Assembly (NCBI GenBank): GCA_050613775.1
Contig: JBODTK010000125.1
Location: forward strand, 248,001-312,000
Direction of reading: 5' to 3'
From: Neocallimastix sp. 'constans'
Lineage: Eukaryota
DNA length: 64,000 nucleotides
A program made the translations under genes and the position numbers. Under the pieces are notes generated by a model, which made no database searches, was not told the DNA's origin, and saw only the letters and a list, made by a program, of their open reading frames with translations. Positions 1 to 16,472 of the stretch are shown here, piece by piece; positions within the stretch are counted from its first letter, which is position 1, and each line of letters starts with the position of its first letter.

Positions 1-178
1 AGCGTAGTATCAGGGTTGGGTGAAATAATCATCTGAGGGAAAGCCTTATGGACATCACGTGTGGTCTCATGATATCCCAGGATAGAAACCTCATCCGATT
101 ATTTGGTGCCATGCCGAGGATTCGAACCCCGCCCTCTACAGTAACCTGTATCGTCCTAACCGACTGGACCAACATGGC
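1..178 (-). mobile_element. Probable tRNA-derived SINE (tRNA-like head 178..104 plus a GC-rich body running off the window start)
   Basis: The tRNA-like head has A and B boxes and is followed by >100 nt of GC-rich non-tRNA sequence with no oligo-T terminator. The body end (ccataa..tcagat..ttca..aaccctgat) loosely resembles the 3' end of the LINE at ~40130-40170. Confidence 0.55.
104..178 (-). ncRNA. tRNA-like cloverleaf with encoded CCA and a collapsed, non-decoding anticodon arm
   Basis: Minus strand reads GCCATGT TG GTCC AGTCGGTTA GGAC G A TACAG GTTA CTGTA G AGGG CGGGG TTCGAAT CCTCG GCATGGC A CCA. Acceptor, D and T stems pair fully, but the anticodon loop is only 4 nt. Confidence 0.75.
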
Positions 179-193
179 TTTATAAAATAATAA

Positions 194-750
194 TGTAAAA
201 GGTAAGTTTATTATTAACTAAAATAACGAATAATAATTAAATCTAAAGGCTAAGATAACTTAACACCTCTCTACTCGAGTTGTTAATAATAAACACTAAA
301 TTAATTAATTCTATAATTATTATTTCTTTTTACACTAGAGTATAGCGCAGTACTTTATAACTCTATTTGTTATCAGTTACTGGGCTTACACTGAGTAATA
401 TTTTTTATTTAATAATTATATTTTTATTTATCAATATTAATATTTATAATAACAATTTACGTTAATAGTAACGCTAGTGCGTTACAGTTACAAGTTCAAT
501 TATTATTTATACATGTCAATAATATTATGATTGGTAAATAATTTAATTTAACTTAGTTTACTAATCACTAAATAAAATATATTTAAATAAATATTTAACT
601 ATATAATTATTTATAAAATAATAAAATTTAATGTACGAAAATAACAAAAGATTTTATTTGATTAGCCGAAATTGCTAGCTGTTTAGAGATACGTTACGTA
701 ACCAAAGAACTATCATTGGATAGGCTTGAAGTTACCATGTATCTGTTACA
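194..750. mobile_element. Probable solo LTR (557 bp)
   Basis: Starts TGTAA at 194 and ends TTACA at 750. Flanked by AATAA at 189-193 and 751-755 (candidate 5-bp TSD). Removing it restores the adjacent 49-bp repeat unit (tataaaataataa|tgaag). Confidence 0.6.
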
Positions 751-990
751 AATAATGAAGATATGATGATATTTTAAATAGAATTTTTTTTTATAAAATA
801 ATAATGAAGATATGATGATATTTTAAATAGAATTTTTTTTTATAAAATAATAATGAAGATATGATGATATTTTAAATAGAATTTTTTTTTATAAAATAAT
901 AATGAAAATATGATGATATTTTAAATAGAATTTTTTTTTATAAAATAATAATGAAGATATGATGATATTTTAAATAGAATTTTTTTTTAT
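751..990. repeat. 49-bp tandem repeat, ~5 copies
   Basis: Unit aataatgaagatatgatgatattttaaatagaatttttttttataaaat starts at 751, 800, 849, 898 and 947. Confidence 0.95.
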
Positions 991-1481
991 AATCATAAGT
1001 TTAAATAGAAATAAAAATAAAAATAAAAATAAAATAAAATAAAAATAAAAATAAAATAAAAATAAAATAAAAATAAAATAGAAATAAAAATAAAAATAAA
1101 AATAAATAAATAAATAAATAAATAATATAAAATAAATAAAACCTTAACATAATTTATTATTACTACTATTATTATTAGTACATTATTTATTAATATTAAT
1201 ATTATTATTATTATTTTTTTTTTTTTTTTTTTTTTTTTTTTGTATTTTTATTAAATTATACTTTAACTTTTCATTTTTATTTTTACGTGCTATATACATA
1301 CATATATATTATTTTTTATATAATAATATTTATATAATTTTAAAAGAAATAAAAAATGTTCAATAAATATAATAAATTATTTTTTAAATTGAAAAATACA
1401 AAATAATATTAACTAAAAAATCTTATTATTAGTATTATTTTATTTCACTTTTTTTTTTATTTTTTATTTTATTTTTTTATT

Positions 1482-1512
<31 letters not shown>

Positions 1513-1831
1513 TATAATTGTATATTAATTAATTATTAAAAAATTAAAATTACTGTATTTAATATATACTTAATTATTTTAAATATGTTATTAATTATTA
1601 TTATTATATTTTATTATTTTTTTTTTTTAAAAAAATTATATATATATATATATTAATTGAATTAATTTTATAAAATATTTTTATGAAAACATTCTTTCTC
1701 TTTACAGGTTTTAAATGTAGATATAAATATTTATATATGAACATTTAATTTTTAATTTTTTTTCTTTAATTTTAAAAATTATATAATAAATTATATAATA
1801 AATATTTTCTAAAAGTATATTACCATTGTTC

Positions 1832-1873
<42 letters not shown>

Positions 1874-1971
1874 ATATTTATAATTCTTGCTTTTTATTAT
1901 TATTGTGATTCATTCAAAAATAAATTTAATATTGAATTTTTTTTTTTTTTTTTTTTTTTAGAGATTAACGC

Positions 1972-2036
<65 letters not shown>

Positions 2037-2159
2037 GTATCCTTTAAATGAAAATATTTTTATTTTTCACTTAAAAAAATATTTAAAATATTTCTGTATC
2101 ATAAATAAAAGTGTAAAAAAAAAAAAAAAAACGAAAACCTTTATTTAGTTTTACGTCTT

Positions 2160-2624
2160 TTAAAATTTATAAAGAAGTTCTTCCGTTGGATTTTCTTCTT
2201 CTACTTGATTAATATTCCCATTAGCATTTTTTATTCTTGCATATGGGTCAATAACTGGGTAATCTTCATCTGGATATTGCTTATTGACCTTTTCACGAAT
2301 ACTTTGATAGAATTCATCTTTGGTCTTTCCATTAAGGAAAGCAGCAATAACAATAGTCATATTATCACATCCAATACCACCAAAATCAAAAGTGTTTCTA
2401 TCTTTAGCAAGACAAGTATTCATAACATCTTCTGCTATTGATCCCAAATCCTTATTACGGGCAATACCAAATCTAATTATATCAACAACTTCTTGGTTAG
2501 TAAGAACATCCCATATACCTTATTATTTATTTATATTTTATTATTTTTATTTTTTAGTGAATATTTGATTCATATTTTTTACAAAAATTTTTATTAAAAT
2601 AGAAATTTTAATATATATATTTTG

Positions 2625-2664
<40 letters not shown>

Positions 2665-4103
2665 GAAATTTTGTAATTAATATAAAAGTAATATATAAAA
2701 ATTTGTAATTATAATAATGATGTTGTAATAGAAATAATAATAATGATATTAATATTAATATTAATTAATTTTAAATATTTATTATTAATTTTATATAGAT
2801 ATTTGATTTATACCATCACAAGCTAAAACAATAAATTCATCATTTTCACCAATCTTTCTTTCGAAAAGATCTGGGTTAGCTGTAACAACTTGTTCTTCAT
2901 CTGTAAGACTACTATTTTGTTTGAATTCAAAATCACCTAAGGCACGAGAAAGTGCTAAATTACCGTTAACACGACCGCATTCAACAAAACCCCCGGCATT
3001 CTTAATTCTTTCAAGTTCAGCTAATATATTAAAAGAAATAATAATTAAATAAAAATAAATAAAAAATATATTTATATTTTTAAAAATTAATATTTATAAA
3101 AGATTATTTATTTTAAATATATATATATATATATATTTAAATAATTGTTTTTCTATTAAAACGAAAATATTTTTAATTTTTTCAAAAATAAATAAAAAAG
3201 ACTTGTTATATGTTTACTTGGACTATTTGGTTTATGATCAATAGTAAGAGCTACAGCTTCACCATTATCTGAAATAATAGCTCTTGAATCACCAGAATTG
3301 GCAATAAATAAAATATTATCATCTGTAATTAAAGCAGAAACAGCTGTACAACCAGCTGGGTTGTGGATAATCATTGGTTCTAATTTAATAATATTAATAT
3401 TTTCAATTCATATTTAATGTTTTTAATATAAATAAATATAATAAATAAATATTTTTTTTACGGCGATGATAATATAAAAATGGTTTCATTTATATTATGA
3501 TAATAAAAACATTATAATTTTAATTTATTAATATAGTTATATTATTTCATAATATTATAATATAATATATATTTATATTATAATATGTTTTACCAGTTAA
3601 CATATCCTTATCGATATTTAAATATGCATCCTTTAAAGCTTTTTTGAAATCTTTCTTATCGAAAGCTTCTTCTTCAATTAATTTCCAATGTAAATGTTCA
3701 CCCGAATATTTAGCGACGGATGGTCCACCATGACCATCAAAAACAGCAAAGAATGAATAGTGCAATTCATCCTTTGGTGATTCCTTATTAAGTTCATTTT
3801 CTAACTTTTTTGGATCAGAAGTGTTGAAACGCTTATTTAATCTTAAAATGTTAGTGTGTGCATCTTCCATAGCTTTAATATATATTTTATTTTTAATTTT
3901 ATTATATTTTTAAAATTTTTTTAAAAAACACATTTCATTTAGAATTTTATTTTTTTTTTTGCTAATAGTTTTTTTATTATTATTCTTTAGTATATATTAC
4001 TTATTCTCCATCCTTGCATGGAACTTGAACCAAATAACATTCTTGAATCTTCACCAAGAGTGGTTTCCTTTTCTGTAATTGGTTCAGATAAAGTTTGTCC
4101 CAT
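2160..4103 (-). CDS. Protein phosphatase 2C (Ptc2/Ptc3-like), 5 exons
   Basis: Exon 1 (4103..4001) reads [14 protein letters not shown]...SSMQGWRI. Later exons give [61 protein letters not shown] and GCDNMT. Introns are GT-AG. Confidence 0.95.
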
Positions 4104-5000
4104 CTTTGGAAAATGATTTTTATATAAATAATAAATATATTAGATATTAGATATTTGAATATTAAACAAAAAATAAGGTTTTAATCACAAAATATTAAAC
4201 TTTTTTATTCATTATTTATTTCATTTTTATTTGATATAATTTAATGTTTTAATTCCAAATTATTAAGATCATTAATACATTGAATAAAATTAATTATTTT
4301 ATAACAATTCGTCCATATTCATAATACAATTTTTTATTTTTGACTGAAAAAATCGTTTTTCATATACTAATAATTTATTTTTTCTCTCCTTTTTTTTTTT
4401 TTTTTTTTTTTTTGGTAAAATTACTGTTAACAATAAATACAAAATAATTATTTATTATATAAAAATATTATAACTAGAAATAATCATTTAAAATAACCTT
4501 TTTTTTTTTAAAAAAAATTTATAAATTTAATTAATTTCAATTTTTCAAACATTTTCTTTTATTAATATTTTACATTTATATTAATAATAAACAAACGTTA
4601 AGTTTAATATTTTTTTTTTTGTTGTTTATTATATACTTAATTTCTTGAACATTCTTCCATAAATTATTTCCTTGTATGTATATACTTATATATGTGGATA
4701 TAATATATATATATAATTATTAATTTTTAAGAAAATAATTATTATATATATAAGTTTCTAAATTAACTATGAAAAAAAAAATTTTTTTTTAAAAATACAT
4801 TTTCTTTTTAATTAATTTTAATTTATTCAGATCTACTATTATTTATTGAGTTTGAAAGATTATTTAAATAAGAGTAAACAAATATTTTACAATGGTTATA
4901 TCATCTATTTTTTAAAATTTATTTTAAAATTTATTATTTACTTTTATTTTTAATACAGAATAAATTGCTTATATTACTTTTATTATTTGTTTAATAACTG

Positions 5001-5053
<53 letters not shown>

Positions 5054-6644
5054 AATTTTTTAAAATTTAGTTTTATAAACTTAAATTGTAAAACAGTTTA
5101 AGGAAAAAAATTATAATATCATAAATAAAAATATAATATTTTTCTATATTAATTTTTTAAATTTTTTTATAAAATCATGATAATATTAATTTTTTATAAT
5201 AAGAAAATATATATGAATATTAAAAAATCTTTTTTCTTTTAATATTAATGTTAATAATAAATAATGATAATTAATAATTAAAAATAAATAATTATTAATA
5301 AATCATTATTATTAATTATTCTTATTATTATTTATTTTAATTTACTGAATATTGAATTGAAATCTTAAATAGATAAATTAAATAATTTTCCTTATTAATT
5401 TATGTACAATAAAATTAATTATTATTATTATATAGAATTAAAAAGTATACTTTAAGAAAAAAGTTATTTATTTATTTTGGTTATATAATAAAAATATTTG
5501 ATTTTAATATAATTAATAGTATAATATTATAATATATTATAATATATATATAATATGAGATTAATTTTCTATAATCATTAAATATACTTAAAATTAAAAA
5601 TTTATTAGTTCTTTGGGCCTCAGCAAAATTATTCTATTTAATTATATAAAAAATTATTCTATTTAATTAATCTATGGGTATAACAAAGTATAATTTAATG
5701 TAAAATATAATTATATTATTATAAATGTTAAAAATATAATAATATCAAAATATAATATAAAAAAAAAAGATAAATATATAATAAATATTTAATAATTATA
5801 ATTAATAGAGAGTAATGTTAATATTATATAAATAATATGATATAATTTTAAATTTTTATTATTAATATTTACTGATAATATCAATTTGATTATTGTTAAT
5901 TAAAAATATGGTACATTGAATTATAAAATCAGTTTTTTAAACCACTATAAATGCCAAATAAAAAAATAAATAAAAAATTTTTTTTTCATTTATACTTTTA
6001 ATTTAAATGGTAATATTAATAATAGATTAATTTATTAATAATAAATGAATATTATTTTTACTAAATAAAAAATATGTATATAAGAATATAATTATATCAA
6101 TTTTTCCTTAGTACACTTTTTTAAGATTATAGAAAAAAAAATAAGAAAACATAAAATAATATTGATCATTTCATAATTTAATATGAAAAATAAGTATATA
6201 TATATAGCTATTTTTTTTTAAGGTAAAATTAAAAAAAAAAAAAAGTCAATTAAAGTAAATTTATAAATTATTCTTTTGTTTATATATATATATATATATA
6301 TATATTACTATATTACTATTAAATTAATAATACTAGCCATTGGAGACAAAATTGTATAAAAAATATTGATTAAAAAATACATATTTAATGATTATGAATT
6401 TATTTTTTGAATGAAAGGATATATAATGATAATAATGATTCTCATATTAATAATTACAAGCATACTTTCTATTTAAAAAATATTTTTTTAAAAAAAATAA
6501 TTTATAATATATTAAGTAATATTTTAAGAATAAATAAATAATTAAAAAATTATTAAAGCTATCAACAGTCTTCATGAGTATTATTATATAAATAATATTA
6601 TATAAATATATATTTTAATTTTTTCCAAAAAATTCTTAATCGGA

Positions 6645-9922
<3,278 letters not shown>

Positions 9923-10411
9923 TTTTAACACTTTGATAATAATATATTAAAATAATAATTTAATGATGAATATTATAAACCTTTTTTATTTATATAAATA
10001 TTTGTTTTTTATGACAGTAAATATATTTCATAGTATATACACTTTTTTATATATTTATTATTATTATTATTATTAAATATATAAATTTAATTTATTTAGT
10101 TCACTTTTATTTTATTTTATTTTTGATGTAATTAATAATTTATTTTGTTTTATTGAAAATTTTTCTTTTTCTATTGTTTTTATGTAATTCACTATTAACT
10201 TCTCTTTATTATTTTATTATTATTATTATAATATGTCTTTTATATATATATATATATCAAAAAATAAAATAAATACTTTATCATTAATATATTTTTAAAA
10301 GAAATTTTCAATAATTATTATTATAAGTTATTAATTTTTTCTTCAGATAAATAAATAATATAAATTAATATAGGGAAAAAAAAATTTTTTTTTTTTTTAA
10401 ATTCATTTTAT

Positions 10412-10452
<41 letters not shown>

Positions 10453-11829
10453 AGTGGTTTATTATTCTTTTTAAATGAAATACCAAAAACAATACAATAA
10501 TAAAACAAAAAAAAGTTATGATCAAATTGATACTCATAATTATTAATTAATAATAATAATATAGTTACAAAATAAAAATAATAAATAATAAAAAATAATA
10601 TTTACACATTTGAAATAAAAATTTAAATATAAAATAGAGTTTTTCCTATTTTATATTTAAATTAATTTTTTATATTGATTTTAGTGGATTTATTTTTTTT
10701 TTCTCTATAAGAAAAATAATTAAATAAATAAAATTCTATATATAAATTTATATCATAATAAATAGTGAATAGACTTGGATAAAAACTATAACAATTATAG
10801 AATGATTTGATAGTAATTAATTATTTCAAACTCTAATAACTAAAACTATAATTATATCTTTTTTTTTAAAAAAAATATTCTCTATATAATTATTATTTTT
10901 ATATTTATGATTTTTAGTTAGTAATAATTATCATTATTACTAAAAATCATTACTACTATTACTATTTCTATTATTATTTATAATATTAAAATTAGTAGGT
11001 AATAAATAAAATATATAAATGTAAATAGTATTAGATAATAAATAATAATAAATAGTATAAAATAACATGAAATAATAAAAAATATTAGGAAAAAATAAAA
11101 AATAAAATGTAATGCTAAATAATAAATAAATAACAATAAATTATAATAATAAATAACATTTTAATTTAGTTATTTTTAATTATATATGTACAATTTTATT
11201 TAACTTTTTTTCCATTATTTTTATTTTTAATAACTAATATATAAATTTTGAATATAATTGGTTTAATATAACTATATAACTACACTCTTTTATTACACAA
11301 AAATTTTCATATTTAAACGGCATTAATATTACTCAATTTTCATTATTTTTATTTTTCTATTCGGTCTTTTTTTTATAATGCTTTTTAAATATTCATTTTT
11401 TTTTCACAAGTATGATATAAAGTCAAATAACAAAAATTACTAAAATTAAAATTTTAAGATATATAAAGATAAAAGTAAATTAATGTAAAAATAAAATATA
11501 TAATAAAAATTAATATATACTAGGTCTATAATAAAGTGCATTCAACAAAAAAATATTATTATTTCATATGATTATTATATTTATATTATTTCTATATGCA
11601 ATTTCATATTTTTTGATATTTAAATTAATAATATTATAAATTAATTACTTAAAAAAGATAAATATAAAAATAATAAAGCTTGTTATTTTTATTAATATTT
11701 TATTATATGTATTTTTTTCATTATATAATTATTAAAAAATATTTATATAAAACTATATAAAAATGATTAATAATAATGAATAATGAATATTAAATTATTC
11801 TACAATAATTAGATAATGAATAACAAGAT

Positions 11830-11883
<54 letters not shown>

Positions 11884-12085
11884 TTTTATAAATTTAGAAA
11901 ATTTATATTGTAAATTTATTATACACCAACTATAAAATTTTATATATTTCATATGGATTAATTTTTTTATTAAATAGAATATTCTAAAAATAATTGATAG
12001 TGATTAACATTTTAAAATAAGAGATTAACATTTGATACTTATTAATAATATAAATAACTATATTTTCATATTATTATTATTATTA

Positions 12086-14874
12086 TTATATACTTGTCTT
12101 ACTTGCTAAATTATCCGTATATAGCGTAATTGTTTTGTTATAATTAAAAAGTTCTATTAAAATATTTTTCAACCACAAAATTTTCTTAATGCATTCGGAA
12201 GCACTTACATATTCTGCTTCTGCTGTGGATGTCGCTACTATTGTCTGTTTTTTCGATGCCCAACATATAGGTGATTTTCCCATCATAATAATGAAGCCTG
12301 ATGTGGATTTTCGGTCTTTAGTGTCCCCGCCAAAATCTGCATCAGTAAAAGCTGAAAAGTCTCCTGAGCCATCAAATTTGATACAATAATTTTTGGTAGA
12401 GGAAAGATATCTAAATATGTTGGTAACCTTTTTCCAATCCGAAAGAGTGGGTGATTCGCAATTACGGGCCGCTTTATGAACAGAAAAAGAAATATCAGGA
12501 CGGGTACATTTGGCAAGAAAAATAAGGGAGCCAATAGCACTTTTGTAAGTACTAGAGTCAAAAGGTTTTTCATTTAAAACTTGGGAGTTATTACCAGAAC
12601 AAGGAGTGCGAACAGTTTTGGTAAAGGAAATGTTAAAACGATCAAGAATGTCATTAATAAAAGCAGTTTGAGAAATAGAGTAAGAAATAGAATTGTTATT
12701 AAAAGATTTGTCGACTTTAATACCTAAAATAAAGTCAACCGGACCACATTTAGAAACTCGAAAATTATTAGTGATTTTGGAAATAATATTACGTACTTCA
12801 AAATTGACACCGGAGATGACCATGTCATCAACATAAAGACCAATAATGCAGATTAATTCATTATTTTTGTCGTGTTTACAGAACAGACATTTTTCTGAAA
12901 TTACTTGATGAAATCCAAAACGAATGAGAAAGTTACTAATGGTGATGTTCCATTGACGGCCGGATTGTTTAAGACCGTAAAGAGCTTTATGAAGAAGCCA
13001 AAAACCTTTGCCATAATTTTTATCGCCAGGTGGGACTGGTGTATATATTTTTTTGTCTAGTTTAGCGTTTAAGTAGGCCGATTTTATGTCCAGTTGCTGA
13101 ATATCCCAATTAAATTTTGAAGAGATGGCTAAAATGAGTTTTAGGCAATCCATATTGAGTGTTGGTGAGTAAGTAATATCAAAATCGATGCCAAACCTTT
13201 GTTCAAATCCACGTGCGACAAGTCTGGCTTTAAATTTGGAAATTTTTCCATCAGCATTCTTTTTCGTAGTGAAAATCCACTTGTTGGATACAAGAGTACT
13301 GTTTGGTGGAACTGATTTAATGAAAGTCATTGTTTTATTATTGTAAAAATTTTTTAGTTCTTCATTAATAGCGTTGATCCAGAATAATTTATTATTGCAA
13401 TTAACAGCTTCTTCATAATTTTTTGGATCTCTAGTTTTGATAGAAATTAATTTATTATTATTATTTTTATTATTGTTATTGATGAAATATTTATCCGGTG
13501 TAAACTCAACTTTATTAGTGTTAGGATTAATTGAATTATTAGTATTATTATTATTGGAAAAATTATCTGGAGTATTAGTGTTTTTATGATCAGAAAGTTG
13601 TATTTGTTTTTCGACTTTAAAATTCTTAGAATTATTACTAATATTATGGTTGGCATTATTATAATTTTTATTGTGATCATGTATTAATTGTTTACCGTAT
13701 TCATTAGTTGATTTTATATGATTAATTTTGTTGTTATCAACAATATTGTTATTTTTATATGTATTATCATTATTATGACCTTGAATATTATTATTACCAT
13801 TATCTGAAATTCTTAAATTACTGAATAACTTATTTAAATTATCTATATTATCATTTCTTTGATTGTAGTCATTGTTATTTGAAATAGTAAAAATTGAATT
13901 ATTGATATTTGTATAATATTTTGTTTTAATATTAGTGAAGTCGTATTTAAAGAAATCATTTTGGGTTTCATTTAGAGCTTCGTTAGATAGAGATATATTA
14001 GCAGGCATGTTCTCGATACAGTATATTTCTCGATATTTATATATCTTGAAATTATTATAATTCATAATGATGTAGCTATAAGAATCTTCATCAACTCCAA
14101 GAAATATACCCTTAATGGAATTCGGTTCAAATTTTGTTTTATTTTGATTATAGTTTTTATAATATGCTATACAGCCGAAGACTTTAATATGTTTGATACT
14201 TGATTTAGTTTTGAAGAATACCTCATTTGGTATTTTATTATTTATACTACTGTGAGGTATAAGATTATAAAGGTAGTTGGCGTAGTTTACTGCAAAATCC
14301 CAAAAGTTTTCACTTAACTGGCTCCAGAACAGTAATGTTTTTGCACATGAAATAATGGTTTGGTTGAACCTTTCAGCTAAACCATTATTTTCTGGATTAT
14401 ATGCGGGTGAGAAAATTTTCTTTATTCCTTTTTGTTTACAATAATCCAAAAGTTTTTTGTTGTTGTATTCCTTGGCGTTGTCTGATTTCAGGCTTTTAAT
14501 CTTATTACCGAATTGATTAATTAAAAAATTAAAGAAATTTATGATGATATCTGTAGCTTCTGATTTACTGGCTAATAGAAATATCCAGGATTTTCTTGAA
14601 TATTCATCAATTATAGTTAAGATGAATCTTTTTCCTGTGATGGATTTAAAGATGGGACCGATTATATCTGAATGGATAACTTCTAGTATTTCTTTGGCCT
14701 TAGGGGTTTCTTTGTTATGGCTAATTCTTTTCATTTTGGTTATTTTGCAGTCGTGGCAATCATCGTTTACCTTTATATCGTGATCCATTAGATATTTTAA
14801 TAGATTGTTGTTGTAATAATGACCTAAGCGTCTATGCCAGATCATTTTAAAGTTTTCTACTTTATCAATACTGT
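12086..14874 (-). pseudogene. Copia-1 pol fragment: GAG-pre-integrase, integrase, Asn-rich linker, RT, RNase H lacking its C-terminus
   Basis: Motifs WHRRLGH..CHDC, IHSDIIGP, SDNAKEY, NGLAER, KARLVARGF, LYGLKQSGR, LYVDD and DADF. The frame ends at YTDNLASKTSI, running into a (TAA)n tract. Confidence 0.92.
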
Positions 14875-15646
14875 TGTAAAGATATTATTAATATCTTTAA
14901 ATAATTTTAATTAAATTTAATCATAAATTTAAGTAAAAATTAAAATAAATTTATTTGAAATCACGTGTATAAAATTATTGAAAATATTTTTAACATAATT
15001 CCGATTTTTTCCCAATCATACTAATAAATTAAAAATTTCTCTTGTGAAACTAGTATTTGAAAATCATTTCTTTTTATGTAATTTAATTTAAATAATAAGA
15101 GTTAAGGTTTTTCACAAGATAAATTAACAACATGAAACTATGCAATTAGTCATGTTGAAACTTACGGCATTTTATGCTAAATTTATATTAAATAATTATG
15201 ACAACTTTTATATTATTTTTAAATAGAAAATATATAATAAATTTACTAATAATATTTAAATAATAAATAAATAATAAATGAACTCAATTAGAATTGATTA
15301 TATTTATTTTAGTTATTAATTATAATTCTCTTTATTTAGTAATAGTTAATTATTTATTATTAGTTTAGGTTAGTACTGTTTTAAATAAATAGCTAGATAA
15401 TATAATTCAATAGGAATTATATATTATAAATGCAATAAGATAAAAATATAAATAGTTATCAAATTTCATGTATTTTAATCGATGTAATTGTTATTAACGA
15501 TTTCTTGTTAATAACACTTTAAAATAAATAAAGATTTTAATATTTAAAAAATTAATAAAACTTGTTCTTTAAAACTATTATTTTGTGTTTTAGTGTTATT
15601 ATTGAAGTGTTGATTTATAATCTATTTTTTTTATCAAAACTTTATA
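14875..15646 (+). repeat. Gypsy A 5' LTR (TGTAAAG...CTTTATA)
   Basis: Direct repeat of 21689-22460. Confidence 0.95.
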
Positions 15647-15657
15647 ATAACAATTAC
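15647..15657 (+). promoter_or_regulatory. Self-priming-type primer binding site ATAACAATTAC
   Basis: Directly follows the LTR. Exact reverse complement of LTR 15484-15494. Does not begin with TGG. Confidence 0.8.
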
Positions 15658-15859
15658 CTTTTAAACAAACAAAAATACGTTATAAATCAATAAAAAATAT
15701 TTAAAACACGTGACTCTTTTGTGGCTTATTTGTGGCTTGAATCAAGATATTTTTACCAGATATTTTTACCAAGGATTTTTAGAAGCTACCCACTTTTGAC
15801 ACTACCGACTTTGGAATACTCACAATTTTAGATTATTGCTACCAGCTTTAGGATATCGC

Positions 15860-16467
15860 TACCAGTTTAAGGAAATATTCTACTCGATTTAGGCTAATTC
15901 TACCAGTTTAAGGAAATATTCAACTCGATTCAGGCTATTCTACCAGTTTAAGGAAATATTCTACTCGATTTAGGCTAATTCTACCAGTTTAAGGAAATAT
16001 TCAACTCGATTCAGGCTATTCTACCAGTTTAAGGAAATATTCTACTCGATTTAGGCTAATTCTACCAGTTTAAGGAAATATTCAACTCGATTCAGGCTAT
16101 TCTACCAGTTTAAGGAAATATTCTACTCGATTTAGGCTAATTCTACCAGTTTAAGGAAATATTCAACTCGATTCAGGCTATTCTACCAGTTTAAGGAAAT
16201 ATTCTACTCGATTTAGGCTAATTCTACCAGTTTAAGGAAATATTCAACTCGATTCAGGCTATTCTACCAGTTTAAGGAAATATTCTACTCGATTTAGGCT
16301 AATTCTACCAGTTTAAGGAAATATTCAACTCGATTCAGGCTATTCTACCAGTTTAAGGAAATATTCTACTCGATTTAGGCTAATTCTACCAGTTTAAGGA
16401 AATATTCAACTCGATTCAGGCTATTCTACCAGTTTAAGGAAATATTCTACTCGATTCAGGCTAATTC
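15860..16467 (+). repeat. Gypsy A leader array: 15 alternating 41/40-bp monomers (81-bp higher-order unit), then A70 at 16477-16546
   Basis: Monomers taccagtttaaggaaatattctactcgatttaggctaattc and taccagtttaaggaaatattcaactcgattcaggctattc. Length 608 = 41 + 7x81. Confidence 0.95.
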
Positions 16468-16472
16468 TACCA

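Noticed and set aside
104..178. Functional decoding tRNA gene
   Set aside because: No 7-nt anticodon loop, CCA is encoded, and there is no T-run terminator.
1826..2047. Short ORFs rich in poly-F/Y/I/K (also 29249, 31820, 36379, 50285, 57123, 57698)
   Set aside because: Translations of homopolymer and microsatellite tracts.
15860..16467. CRISPR-like regular repeat
   Set aside because: No unique spacers (pure alternating monomers), no cas genes, and it lies inside a eukaryotic retrotransposon leader.
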